Positions 38,938-48,369 are shown, counted from the first letter of the stretch. The stretch: DNA of 51,522 nucleotides from Desulfobacterales bacterium (GCA_040235505.1 JBECKW010000034.1:1-51522); one strand, 5' to 3'. The notes: generated by a model from the letters alone, not told the origin. Made by a program: numbers and translations.

Positions 38938-38962
38938 CAGGACACCCCTTAACAAATAATTA

Positions 38963-39039
38963 TCCCGCGGAGCCGCAGAGGCGCAGGGAAAAGCTTCTTG
39001 TATTTTTGTCTTTCTCAGCGTCTCTGCGGCTCTGCGGGA
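38963..39039. repeat. Palindromic element built from CGCAGAG-type units
   Basis: TCCCGCGGAGCCGCAGAGGCGCAGGGAAA is mirrored by TTTCTCAGCGTCTCTGCGGCTCTGCGGGA. Confidence 0.88.
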
Positions 39040-39073
39040 GAAATGTTTCTAATTTTTTTAAAAGGAGACACGA

Positions 39074-40603
39074 ATGAGCAGAGGATCGTGGCAATCGAAC
39101 ACCGGTTTCCTGCTGGCGGCCATCGGGTCTGCGGTGGGGCTCGGCAATATCTGGCGCTTTCCCTATGTGGCGTATGAAAACGGCGGCGGGGCCTTCCTGA
39201 TACCCTATGTCGTTGCGCTGTTTACTGCCGGCATTCCAATCCTGATGCTCGAGCTTTCCCTCGGTCACAAGCAACGTGCCTCGGCTCCCATGGCCTTTGC
39301 CAAAATCGACACCAAATGGGAATGGGTGGGGTGGTGGTCCGTCACCTTTGTCATGTTCGGCATTGTTTTGTATTACATCGTAGTGATCGGCTGGTGCTTC
39401 AACTATATCTTCTATGCCGGCTTTCAAAACTGGGGAACCGACACCAATGCCTTCTTTTTCAAAAAATTTCTCGGCCTTTCGGACGGTGTGTGGGATTTAA
39501 AGGGCCTGAATCCGGCCATTGTCGGCTCTGTGTTTCTGGTATGGTTTGTCAACTGGCTCATCACTTACAAAGGCATCGAGAAAGGCATCGAACGGGCCGT
39601 CAAGTTAATGATGCCGGTGCTCTTCGCCCTTACCATCGTGATCATCGCCTGGGCCGTCTGCCTGGATGGCGCCGGGGCGGGCATCCGGCTTTACACGACG
39701 CCTGATTTTACCAAAATTCGGGACATCAAGGTCTGGATCGCCGCCTACGGCCAGATTTTCTTTTCCCTCTCCCTGGGCTTCGGCATTATGATCGCCTACG
39801 CCTCTTATCTCCCCAAGAATGCCAATATTTTTAAAAACAGCCTGATCGTTGGATTTTCAAACAGCCTGTATGAGGTTTCCGCCGGCTTCGGGGTGTTCGG
39901 AATTCTGGGCTACATGGCCATGAAGCAGGGGGTTCCTATCCGAGATGTGGTCCAGAGCGGCATCGGACTGGCGTTCGTGGCCTACCCGAAGGCCATGTCG
40001 CTGCTTCCCATGGGACGCGTTTTCGGTGTCCTTTTCTTTTTCCTTCTGACCCTGGCGGGGATTTCTTCCTCCATCTCCATCATTGAAGCTTTCACCTCAG
40101 CATTCATCGATAAGTTCGGCGTCTCCCGAAAACGGATCATCACCACCATCTGCATCATCGGATTTATCGGCTCCCTTCTATTCACCAGTCATGCCGGGCT
40201 TTACTGGCTGGATATTGTCGATCATTTTCTGAACCAGTACGGACTGTTGACGGTGGGCCTCCTGGAGGCGTTCATCATCGGCTGGCTTTATAAAACCCGC
40301 TGGCTCAAGGATCACATTGCCGAAAATCTGGGGCTTTCGGGCCATCGGCATCGAATTTTCAAGTATGTTGTCCTGCAACTCTGGAACTACTGCATCAAGT
40401 TCGTCACACCCGTGGCCCTGGGAGTTGCCCTGGTTGTCAGTCTCGCGGGCGAATTTAAAACCCCTTACGAGGGATATCCCGTTTCCGGCATTATCGTCCT
40501 CGGCATTGGCTGGCTTCTCGTCACCCATATTTTCGCTTTCGGCATCAGTGGATTGCCGTGGAAGGGCAGAGGTCAGATGCCAGAGATCAGAGATCAGGAA
40601 TAA
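39074..40603 (+). CDS. Sodium-dependent transporter, NSS/SNF family
   Basis: AIGSAVGLGNIWRFPY, ENGGGAFLIPY, AAYGQIFFSLSLGFG, GLAFVAYP. AAGGAG RBS. Confidence 0.96.
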   Translation: MSRGSWQSNTGFLLAAIGSAVGLGNIWRFPYVAYENGGGAFLIPYVVALFTAGIPILMLELSLGHKQRASAPMAFAKIDTKWEWVGWWSVTFVMFGIVLYYIVVIGWCFNYIFYAGFQNWGTDTNAFFFKKFLGLSDGVWDLKGLNPAIVGSVFLVWFVNWLITYKGIEKGIERAVKLMMPVLFALTIVIIAWAVCLDGAGAGIRLYTTPDFTKIRDIKVWIAAYGQIFFSLSLGFGIMIAYASYLPKNANIFKNSLIVGFSNSLYEVSAGFGVFGILGYMAMKQGVPIRDVVQSGIGLAFVAYPKAMSLLPMGRVFGVLFFFLLTLAGISSSISIIEAFTSAFIDKFGVSRKRIITTICIIGFIGSLLFTSHAGLYWLDIVDHFLNQYGLLTVGLLEAFIIGWLYKTRWLKDHIAENLGLSGHRHRIFKYVVLQLWNYCIKFVTPVALGVALVVSLAGEFKTPYEGYPVSGIIVLGIGWLLVTHIFAFGISGLPWKGRGQMPEIRDQE

Positions 40604-40703
40604 AAGCTCCTGTTTTTTTCTTTATCTTGCTCTTGATCTTGCGCTTGCTCTTCATCATAATCGAATGGTCGTTGAAAATAGAACGTCGTGAGTAGCAAGA
40701 GCA
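40567..40703. repeat. Two adjoining short-unit repeats: (CAGAGRT)n heptamers and (TCTTGC)n hexamers with a partial inverted copy
   Basis: CAGAGGT CAGATGC CAGAGAT CAGAGAT CAG at 40567-40597. TCTTGC TCTTGA TCTTGC GCTTGC TCTTCA at 40625-40654. AGCAAGAGCA at 40694-40703. Confidence 0.75.
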
Positions 40704-40709
40704 GAAAAT

Positions 40710-41891
40710 ATGTCGGACTCTTTATCGAAAAATTATGTGGAAAACCGCGCATCAGGTATAATGGCTATCGGCAGCCCGGGGGCCGGGCCTACCGACGCCG
40801 ATGGACTGGACGACTGGCGTCGACAGGACCGGATGGCCATTCGGGATGCGGCGGCGCTTTCTTCGTATCTACCCCTGTCCGGAAAAGCCGGAAAGGATAT
40901 CGAGCGAGCCCGCCTGCGGTTTCGGATGAAAATCACGCCTTACTACCTCGGCCTCGCAAACCCGGAAGACCCCGAATGTCCTATTATGAAAATGGCCATT
41001 CCGGATATCCGGGAACTCACCATCCACCCCGATGAACTCGAAGACCCCACCGGGGATGAAAACCCGGAACTTGGCAACCTGCCGGTGCCCCGGCTGGTGC
41101 ACCGGTACCCGGACCGGGCGCTGCTGCTTCCCACCGCCCGCTGCGGCACTTACTGCCGTCACTGTTTTCGAAGGCGCCTTGCGGGCAGGGCGGATCACAA
41201 TGCCACGCAGTTCGAACTCTCCGCCGCACTTCGATATATCAGAACGCACACCGGCATCCGGGAGGCCATCCTCAGCGGGGGAGATCCGCTCATGATGAGC
41301 GATGAATCGCTTTTATCGCTGCTGGAGCGAATTCGGAAAATCCCCCATGTACGCACGCTTCGCATCCACACCCGTATGCCGGTGGTGAACCCTTTCCGGA
41401 TCACCGATGAACTCGCCCGGGGGCTTTCCCGGCTTAGTCCCCTCTGGCTGGTGCTTCAGGTAAACCATCCCCGGGAGATAACCCCGATCGCCCGGAAGCA
41501 TTGGCGGCGGCTCACGGACTCCGGTATCCCCCTTCTTAATCAATCCGTACTGTTAAAGGGCGTTAACGATCACACGGACACCCTTCGGGAGCTTGGCTGG
41601 GGATTGATCGAGTCCGGTATCCGGCCCTACTATCTCCACCATCCGGACCTTGCAAAAGGCACCGGTCATTTCCGGGTCGCCGTTCAAAAGGGTGTCCACC
41701 TATTGAGAGAACTTCAGGGAACTTTGCCCGGTTATGCCATTCCGCAATACGTTCTGGACACGCCCGGCGGGCATGGAAAGGTTCCGCTCCAGTATCCGTA
41801 CCTGAAAGAAAAAAGCTCCGGCGAATACCAAGTTGAACCCCCCTGCGGCGGACAAATTGCCTATACGGACACAGCTCCATCGTCCATGTGA
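40710..41891 (+). CDS. KamA-family radical SAM/PLP lysine 2,3-aminomutase-like protein (EpmB-like)
   Basis: LVHRYPDRALL, CGTYCRHCFRRR, LSGGDPL, NQSVLLKGVND, PYYLHHPDLAKGTGHFR, DTPGGHGKVP (PLP lysine). Start uncertain. Confidence 0.9.
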   Translation: MSDSLSKNYVENRASGIMAIGSPGAGPTDADGLDDWRRQDRMAIRDAAALSSYLPLSGKAGKDIERARLRFRMKITPYYLGLANPEDPECPIMKMAIPDIRELTIHPDELEDPTGDENPELGNLPVPRLVHRYPDRALLLPTARCGTYCRHCFRRRLAGRADHNATQFELSAALRYIRTHTGIREAILSGGDPLMMSDESLLSLLERIRKIPHVRTLRIHTRMPVVNPFRITDELARGLSRLSPLWLVLQVNHPREITPIARKHWRRLTDSGIPLLNQSVLLKGVNDHTDTLRELGWGLIESGIRPYYLHHPDLAKGTGHFRVAVQKGVHLLRELQGTLPGYAIPQYVLDTPGGHGKVPLQYPYLKEKSSGEYQVEPPCGGQIAYTDTAPSSM

Positions 41892-41907
41892 CTTGAGCAT
41901 TAAAATA

Positions 41908-41961
41908 GATAGAATACCTCAACTCTGGGCACTTTAGGCACTCTATGAACTCTAGGCACTT
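41908..41961. repeat. Half-copy of the element family seen at 34844-34993
   Basis: GATAGAATACCTCAACTCTGGGCACT matches 34946-34971 at 23/26, then tandem (T/C)TAGGCACT units. Confidence 0.8.
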
Positions 41962-43384
41962 AATGCTCCTCCTCACCCTCCTGGCCGGGATCGTGTTTGC
42001 CGGCCTCATGGCGATTCGCCTTGATCTGCTGAAGCCCTCCCCGGCACCGCTTCCCGCCCCGGCTACCCGTTTGGCCAATCAGGAGTCCTGGATGAGCATC
42101 TGGCAGTCCGATCGAAAAATCGGTTACAGCCACCGGCGTCTGACGGCCTTCAAAACCGGTTATCGCTTGACGGAACGAACCGTCCTGCGGATCAACACCA
42201 TGGGGTTGGTGCAGGACCTGGACCTGAAAACCGATGCTGATCTGAACTCCGATATGAGTCTGTCGGCTTTCAGCGCCACCGCCACCTCGGACCGGTTCTC
42301 GTTTGCCGCCCGGGGAGAGGTGACCGGGGGAATGCTTCATGTGACCATGAAAAACAGCCGGCTCGATATTCCGATGAAAAGACCCCTCTATCTGACCGGC
42401 GATATCTGGGCAGCTGCAACCGCCGTTGCCACGTCGCCGGGCGCCACTGTCGATATCCCTGTCTTTGACCCGGTCTCCCTGTCAAACCTTACGGTAAGTG
42501 TAATTTTTTTAGGCAGTGAGGATATCCGCATTGGTGACGGATCTCTTCGGTCGGCCCGGAAATTCACGACCACCTTCTCGGGTGCCGTCGAAACCGCCTG
42601 GATCGATGACGACGGATCCGTGCTGAAGGAAGAAGGTCCTCTGGGGATCACCCTCCGGAAGGATACCCGCGAAAACGCCCTGGAAACCGAAACGTCCTCC
42701 GGGAGTGAGGACCTGACCCTGGCCGCCTCCATCCCCGCCGGCAGGACGTTGACGGATCCGGGTGCCCTGACTCGGCTGGATCTAAAAGTGGAGGGCGCAC
42801 CATCGGCGCTTTTGCTGGACGGTGGAAGGCAATCCTTTTCCGGCGGCATTCTGAGGATCGTTCGGGAACCCCTGCCCGATCCGCCGTCAATTTCCCCGGG
42901 CACGGAAACCGGGTTTCTGACCCCCACCCCCTTTATTCAATCCGATCACCCGGAGATTGTTGCAGCGGCGAAAGCAGCCGTTGCCAGCGCCGACCGGCCC
43001 CTTTCCAAGGCGAAAAACCTGGTCCGGTGGGTCCATGACAACCTCGAAAAACGGCCTGTCCTCTCCGTACCCAATGCCCTGGATACACTTCGGGAGAGGG
43101 CGGGGGACTGCAACGAACACGCCGTGCTCCTGGCAGCCCTGGCCCGGGCCGCCGGCATTCCTGCCCGGGTGGAAGCAGGGCTTGTCTATATGAACGGCAG
43201 GTTCTATTATCATGCATGGGACAGTTTGTATCTGGGCGAATGGATCACCGCCGACGCTCTCATGAACCAGCTGCCGGCGGATGTCACCCATATCCGGCTG
43301 GTTCGGGGCGTCGGCGGCCAGCAGGCGGATATTCTGGGCGCCATCGGACACATTAAATTAAAGATTATCGGCACAAGCCCATGA
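41945..43384 (+). CDS. Membrane-anchored/exported transglutaminase-like domain protein (start may be 41963)
   Basis: N-terminal hydrophobic segment. Intact triad GDCNEHA (Cys), YYHAW (His), WITADA (Asp). Confidence 0.88.
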   Translation: MNSRHLMLLLTLLAGIVFAGLMAIRLDLLKPSPAPLPAPATRLANQESWMSIWQSDRKIGYSHRRLTAFKTGYRLTERTVLRINTMGLVQDLDLKTDADLNSDMSLSAFSATATSDRFSFAARGEVTGGMLHVTMKNSRLDIPMKRPLYLTGDIWAAATAVATSPGATVDIPVFDPVSLSNLTVSVIFLGSEDIRIGDGSLRSARKFTTTFSGAVETAWIDDDGSVLKEEGPLGITLRKDTRENALETETSSGSEDLTLAASIPAGRTLTDPGALTRLDLKVEGAPSALLLDGGRQSFSGGILRIVREPLPDPPSISPGTETGFLTPTPFIQSDHPEIVAAAKAAVASADRPLSKAKNLVRWVHDNLEKRPVLSVPNALDTLRERAGDCNEHAVLLAALARAAGIPARVEAGLVYMNGRFYYHAWDSLYLGEWITADALMNQLPADVTHIRLVRGVGGQQADILGAIGHIKLKIIGTSP

Positions 43385-44115
43385 TCGAGCTTCGAAATCT
43401 CACTAAACGATACGGCGACACCGTGGCGGTAAACCGTCTCAATCTCTCCGTGCACAAGGGGGAACTTTTCGGCTTTATCGGCCCCAACGGCGCCGGCAAA
43501 ACCACCACCATTCGTATGATCGGCGGTCTTCTGGCCCCCACGGAAGGCGCGGTGATCATTGACGGTATCGATATGGCCCGGGAGCCGGAGAGGGCCAAAA
43601 AACGGATCGGTCTGATTCCGGACCGCCCTTTTCTCTATGAAAAGCTCACCGGCATGGAGTTCATGCGATTCATCGCCGATTTCTACGAAGTGGATCCCCA
43701 TCGTCTGGAAGAAAGTGCCCTGAGGCTTCTGATAATGTTCGGCCTCGAATCAAGAGCCCATGAGCTTATCGAGTCTTACTCCCACGGCATGAAGCAGCGC
43801 CTGATCATGTCCGCGGCACTCCTTCACCAGCCGCCGCTCATCGTGGTGGACGAACCCATGGTGGGACTCGATCCCCGGGGGATCAAAATGGTGCGGGATC
43901 TTTTCCGGGACATGGCCGCAGGCGGCACAACGATCTTCATGTCCACCCATACCCTGAAGCTTGCAGAATCCATCTGCGACCGGATCGGCGTCATCAACGG
44001 CGGCCATCTGATCGCCGTCGGCACCGTGCCGGAGCTCCGGGAGGCAGCCCGGTTGGGGGAAGCGGACCTGGAGCAGGCCTTTCTGGAACTGACCCGGTCC
44101 CAGGAGGGGATGTGA
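43381..44115 (+). CDS. ABC transporter ATP-binding protein (exporter type)
   Basis: GPNGAGKTT, YSHGMKQR signature, VVDEP, MSTH. ATGA overlap. Confidence 0.95.
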   Translation: MIELRNLTKRYGDTVAVNRLNLSVHKGELFGFIGPNGAGKTTTIRMIGGLLAPTEGAVIIDGIDMAREPERAKKRIGLIPDRPFLYEKLTGMEFMRFIADFYEVDPHRLEESALRLLIMFGLESRAHELIESYSHGMKQRLIMSAALLHQPPLIVVDEPMVGLDPRGIKMVRDLFRDMAAGGTTIFMSTHTLKLAESICDRIGVINGGHLIAVGTVPELREAARLGEADLEQAFLELTRSQEGM

Positions 44116-45791
44116 GCAGTCTCTCCGCCCTGATGCGTCCTCGGTGGCAGTCTTTCCGAAAGGGAAGCTTCGGCCTCCACCGACGGTTGAAGCTGCTGCT
44201 TCTTTTCATCGTGGGAATCGTCTTCTGGGCGGGCATTTTCGGCATTTCCGTCCGGGTCCTGACATATTTTCAGAAAATCGAAGTGCTGGGGGACATCCTG
44301 GCCCGGAAACTTCTTCTGATGGTACTGGTGACCTTTCTGGGGCTGATGATCTTCAGCGCCATTCTGAGTCATTTGTCAAAACTCTATCTGAGCCGAGACC
44401 TGGATCTCGTCCACAGCCTCCCGACACCCGGCAGCAAAATTTTCACGGCCCGGTGGATCGAAAGCACGGTGGACAGTTCCTGGATGGTGATCGTCTATAC
44501 CCTGCCGGTGCTTATTGCCTACGGAGTGGTCTACCGCACCGGTGCACTGTTCTACCTGGACATCCTCTTTTCCCTGGTGCCGCTGGCCGTCATCAGTTCG
44601 GCCCTGAGCGCCCTGATAGTGCTGGCGGTGGTGGTTGTCCTTCCGGCGAACCGGGTCCGCAGCATTTTCTTCTTCCTGGGTCTCGCCGCCCTTGTTATTG
44701 TCTATGTCACGTTCCGCATTCTACGGCCCGAACGTCTGGCGAATCCGGAAGCCTTCAACTCGGTCCTCGCCTATCTTCAGACCATGGATGCCCCGGCAAG
44801 TCCCTGGCTGCCCAGCACCTGGAGTTTCGACAGTCTGACGGCGGCGCTTCTGGGAAATCCCCGGGCGCTCCTGTTCCAATCCGTCTTGAGCTGGAGCGGC
44901 GCCGTATTTTTCTCTCTCGCGGCCGTCAACGCTTCCCACTTCCTGTACTTCAAGGGGTATTCCAAAACCCAGACCGCCCCGGGGCGACGGATCGCCTCTT
45001 CCGGAAAAATCGGCCGCCGATTTGGACGGCGTCTCCCCGGCCCGGTCCGGGCCTTTATTGCAAAGGAGGTCAAAACGTTCTGGCGAGACCAGACCCAGTG
45101 GTCCCAGGTGTTTTTAATGGCTGCACTGGTGGTTATTTATGTCTACAATTTTTCCGTACTCCCCCTGGAGCGATCTCCCATCGACACCGTGTTTCTGCAG
45201 AACCTTCTCTCGTTTCTGAACATGGCACTGGCCTCCTTTGTCACCGTGGCCATCACGGCCCGGTTTGCCTACCCGTCGGTGAGCACCGAAGGCGGGGCCT
45301 TCTGGGTCGTGCTGTCTTCCCCGATCTCCCTGTCCATGTTCCTGTGGATCAAATTTCTGATCTATCTGTTTCCCTTACTCGTCTTAAGCGAGCTTCTCAT
45401 CGTGGCCACAAACCTGCTCCTGCACGTCACGCCCTTCATGATGGTTCTCTCCACTGTCACTGTCTTTTTCATGACCCCCGGCGTGGTAGCCTTGGGTGTC
45501 GGACTGGGGGCCTCGTATCCGGATTTTGCTTCGGAAAATCCATCCCAGGCCGTGACCAGTTTCGGCGGCCTGATATTCATGATGATATCCGCCGCGTACA
45601 TCGGGGCGGTGGTAATCCTGGAAGCGGGGCCCGTCCATGGCTATTTCATGACGGGACTCAGAAAAGAACCGGTATCCCTGGCCCTGAAGCTCTGGTTCGC
45701 CGGGGCGTTTTCCGCTGCATTTGTTCTAAGCCTCCTGGCCCTCCTGCTGCCCATGAAAATCGGCGCCCGGCGGCTCAGGGAAAAATACTAA
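44112..45791 (+). CDS. Putative ABC exporter permease (about 12-14 TM)
   Basis: Many hydrophobic helices, LYLSRDLDLVHSLP, KEVKTFWRD, VSTEGGAFW. GTGA overlap with the ATPase. Confidence 0.85.
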   Translation: MSSLSALMRPRWQSFRKGSFGLHRRLKLLLLFIVGIVFWAGIFGISVRVLTYFQKIEVLGDILARKLLLMVLVTFLGLMIFSAILSHLSKLYLSRDLDLVHSLPTPGSKIFTARWIESTVDSSWMVIVYTLPVLIAYGVVYRTGALFYLDILFSLVPLAVISSALSALIVLAVVVVLPANRVRSIFFFLGLAALVIVYVTFRILRPERLANPEAFNSVLAYLQTMDAPASPWLPSTWSFDSLTAALLGNPRALLFQSVLSWSGAVFFSLAAVNASHFLYFKGYSKTQTAPGRRIASSGKIGRRFGRRLPGPVRAFIAKEVKTFWRDQTQWSQVFLMAALVVIYVYNFSVLPLERSPIDTVFLQNLLSFLNMALASFVTVAITARFAYPSVSTEGGAFWVVLSSPISLSMFLWIKFLIYLFPLLVLSELLIVATNLLLHVTPFMMVLSTVTVFFMTPGVVALGVGLGASYPDFASENPSQAVTSFGGLIFMMISAAYIGAVVILEAGPVHGYFMTGLRKEPVSLALKLWFAGAFSAAFVLSLLALLLPMKIGARRLREKY

Positions 45792-45797
45792 GACCTG

Positions 45798-45826
45798 TTG
45801 ACGTCGTACATGTATCCGTATAAGGT
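45798..45826 (+). promoter_or_regulatory. Candidate sigma70 promoter of aroC
   Basis: TTGACG (45798-45803), 17 bp, TAAGGT (45821-45826). AAGGAG RBS before 45876. Confidence 0.4.
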
Positions 45827-45875
45827 ATCTCAATCTTTTAATAATATGGTTTTCTGATCCGGTAAGGAGATTTCA

Positions 45876-46967
45876 ATGTCAAGCACCTTCGGTACTCTGC
45901 TGAAAGTCAGCACCTTCGGTGAATCCCACGGAAAAGCCGTGGGGGCAGTGGTGGACGGCCTTCCATCGGGCATCTCCCTCACCGAAGCCGATATCCAGCG
46001 GCAGCTTGACCGAAGGCGCCCCGGTCAAAGCAGGCTGACCACCCAACGCAAGGAATCGGACACGGTTTCCATTCTCTCGGGTGTGGAAAACGGAAAAACT
46101 TTGGGAACCCCCATCGCACTTCTGGTGGAAAACCGGGACCAGCATCCCGGTGATTATAAAACCCTCCGGACCGTTCCCAGGCCTTCCCACGCCGATTATG
46201 TCTATCAAATGAAATACGGCGTCATGACTGCCAGCGGCGGTGGGCGCGCCAGTGCCAGGGAAACCGTGGCGAGGGTGGCGGCCGGCGCGGTGGCGGAAAA
46301 GATGCTCTCGGAACGGTTGGGCATTGAAATTGTGGCCTGGGTCAGTTCGGTGGGAGATATCACCGCCGAAAATACGGATATTCTCAAAATCCGAAGAGAT
46401 GATGTGGACATATCCCCGGTCCGGTGTCCGGATCCCGGGTCGGCGGCCCGGATGACCGATCTTATTTCCGAAGTTGCTGGAGCTTCCGACTCGGTGGGGG
46501 GGATTGTCTCGTGCGTGTGCCGCAACGTTCCGGCCGGACTCGGGGAGCCGGTATTCGATAAACTCGCTGCAGTGATAGCCCAAGCCATGCTCTCCATCCC
46601 GGCGGTCAAGGGGTTTGATATCGGGTCCGGTTTTCGCGCTCCCGCTATGCGCGGCTCCCAACATAACGATCTTTTTGTGAAAAAGGGGGACCGCCTGGGC
46701 ACCCTCACCAATCACAGCGGTGGCGTACAGGGGGGTATCTCCAATGGTGAACCCATCGTGTTCCGGGTGGCTTTCAAGCCCACCGCCACCATCGGGGTTC
46801 CGCAAAAAACGGCCGATTTTAACGGCAACGAAACCATCCTGACGGCCGGGGGCCGTCATGATCCCTGCGTGGTGCCCCGGGCAGTGCCGATAGTGGAAGC
46901 CATGGCCGCGCTTGTTTTAGGGGACATGGTGCTGCGCCAAAAGCGGCTTCGCACCGCCATCCCTTAA
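45876..46967 (+). CDS. aroC: Chorismate synthase
   Basis: [62 protein letters not shown]. Confidence 0.98.
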   Translation: MSSTFGTLLKVSTFGESHGKAVGAVVDGLPSGISLTEADIQRQLDRRRPGQSRLTTQRKESDTVSILSGVENGKTLGTPIALLVENRDQHPGDYKTLRTVPRPSHADYVYQMKYGVMTASGGGRASARETVARVAAGAVAEKMLSERLGIEIVAWVSSVGDITAENTDILKIRRDDVDISPVRCPDPGSAARMTDLISEVAGASDSVGGIVSCVCRNVPAGLGEPVFDKLAAVIAQAMLSIPAVKGFDIGSGFRAPAMRGSQHNDLFVKKGDRLGTLTNHSGGVQGGISNGEPIVFRVAFKPTATIGVPQKTADFNGNETILTAGGRHDPCVVPRAVPIVEAMAALVLGDMVLRQKRLRTAIP

Positions 46968-47244
46968 AACCTCCGTGAGAAAATCTTTGTAGCGGATGGG
47001 TTCTCAATCAACCAATCCCTGACCCTCCAATACTTCAACTCGGTCACTTCCCCGACGGTCTTCGGAAGACTTCGAAGTCTTGCGGCTGCTTCAAACATTG
47101 CCGCCGGTATCGTGAGGCACCCGGCATCATGACCGCAACCGGTGCCCGCTTCTTATAGATCATACTTTTCAAAACCGCATAAACTTGATAATAATATTGA
47201 AAAAGCTGACCGTTGCCGTTTTCTTCCGGTCAGGAAGGACGCCC

Positions 47245-48369
47245 ATGAAAATGCTTGTCCGAATTGTCGTACTGATGTGCCTGTTCCTGCCACTGTCCGC
47301 AAACGGGGCCGATAAAACGGTGTCGATCGGCCTCATCTATGGGGATGGGGGCCGGACAGCGGAGGGGGGTTCGCTAAGTCTTCTCGGCACCCGCTTTGCC
47401 GTCGAAGACCTGAATCACCGTGGCGGTCTTCTCGGAAGAAAAATCGATCTAGTCGAATTGAACAACAACGATAACCCCTTGGACTCCAAGCAGGCCGCTG
47501 AAAAAGCGGTGAAAGCGGGGGTGGTCGCCGTGATCGGACCGGAGTCAAGCTCCCATGCCCTGCTGGCAGGTGCTGTCCTTCAACAGGCCGGAATTCCTAT
47601 GATATCCACCTTTGCCACAAATCCGGACCTGACGCTGGCAGGAGACTGCATTTTTCGTGTTTGTTTTTCAGATCGCCTTCAAGGCCATGCGCTTGCACAT
47701 TTTGCACTCAATGACCTGAAAGCAACCACCGCTGTCATTCTGACGTGTCCCGAAGAAAAATACAGTTTGGGTCTGACTGAAAATTTCGTGTTCTATTACA
47801 AAAACCACGGCGGGGATATTTTATGGGAGGGGGAGTATCTCAACTCATCTACCGATTTTAGGGAGCTTTTGGAAAAGGTCGCAGCGTATCATCCCGCCGT
47901 GGTTTTTCTTCCGGGCTATGATCGCATCTCAGGGCTTATCATCCGGCAGTGCCGGAAAATGAGGGGTGACGTCACTTTTCTGGGGGGAGATTCATGGTCC
48001 GACATCATGTATAAATACGGGGAGGACGCCATCGAAGGCAGTTACTATTCAGCACAGTGGAATCCGGAATCGGAATCGGAAAATGAGACCTCCCGTGAAT
48101 TTGTAAACCGCTATAAGGGAAGCTTTCAAATTAGAGAGATCCGTTCCTTCGGCATGTCACACGATGCAGTGTTTCTTCTGGCCGATGCCGTCCGCCGGGC
48201 CAACTCTCTCGAACCCGCTTCGATTCGGAAAGCCCTTGCAACCACCAAAGGCTTTCAAGGCGTTACGGGTACCATCACCATGGACCGGAACGGAGACCCC
48301 TCAAGGCCGATTTCCATTTTCAAATTTGAAAAGAGAGGCTCGGTGTTTATAAAAACGGTGACTCCGTGA
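47245..48369 (+). CDS. Periplasmic ligand-binding protein, LivJ/branched-chain amino acid type (type I PBP)
   Basis: Signal peptide, GGLLGRKIDLV, VVAVIGP, ATNPDLT, IFRVCFSD, FLGGDSW, FQGVTGTITMD. Confidence 0.88.
   Translation: MKMLVRIVVLMCLFLPLSANGADKTVSIGLIYGDGGRTAEGGSLSLLGTRFAVEDLNHRGGLLGRKIDLVELNNNDNPLDSKQAAEKAVKAGVVAVIGPESSSHALLAGAVLQQAGIPMISTFATNPDLTLAGDCIFRVCFSDRLQGHALAHFALNDLKATTAVILTCPEEKYSLGLTENFVFYYKNHGGDILWEGEYLNSSTDFRELLEKVAAYHPAVVFLPGYDRISGLIIRQCRKMRGDVTFLGGDSWSDIMYKYGEDAIEGSYYSAQWNPESESENETSREFVNRYKGSFQIREIRSFGMSHDAVFLLADAVRRANSLEPASIRKALATTKGFQGVTGTITMDRNGDPSRPISIFKFEKRGSVFIKTVTP

Noticed and set aside
37540-38955. 471 aa antisense ORF over the PMM/PGM gene (also long antisense ORFs over aroC, DUF6178, pckG and the hybrid kinase)
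   Set aside because: Typical antisense shadow ORFs of conserved genes, with no recognisable motifs.
44144-45823. A 559 aa same-strand alternative-frame ORF with exactly the length of the permease it overlaps
   Set aside because: Stops in this frame need a T-ending codon followed by an AA-, AG- or GA-starting codon, which is scarce in a GC3-rich membrane-protein gene. The product is Pro/Gly/Arg-rich with no motif or clear RBS, and the equal length looks coincidental.
47059-47081. Short palindromic TCTTCGGAAGACTTCGAAGTCT, with a similar string near 27772-27794
   Set aside because: Possibly decayed REP-like remnants, but too short and degenerate to support a call.
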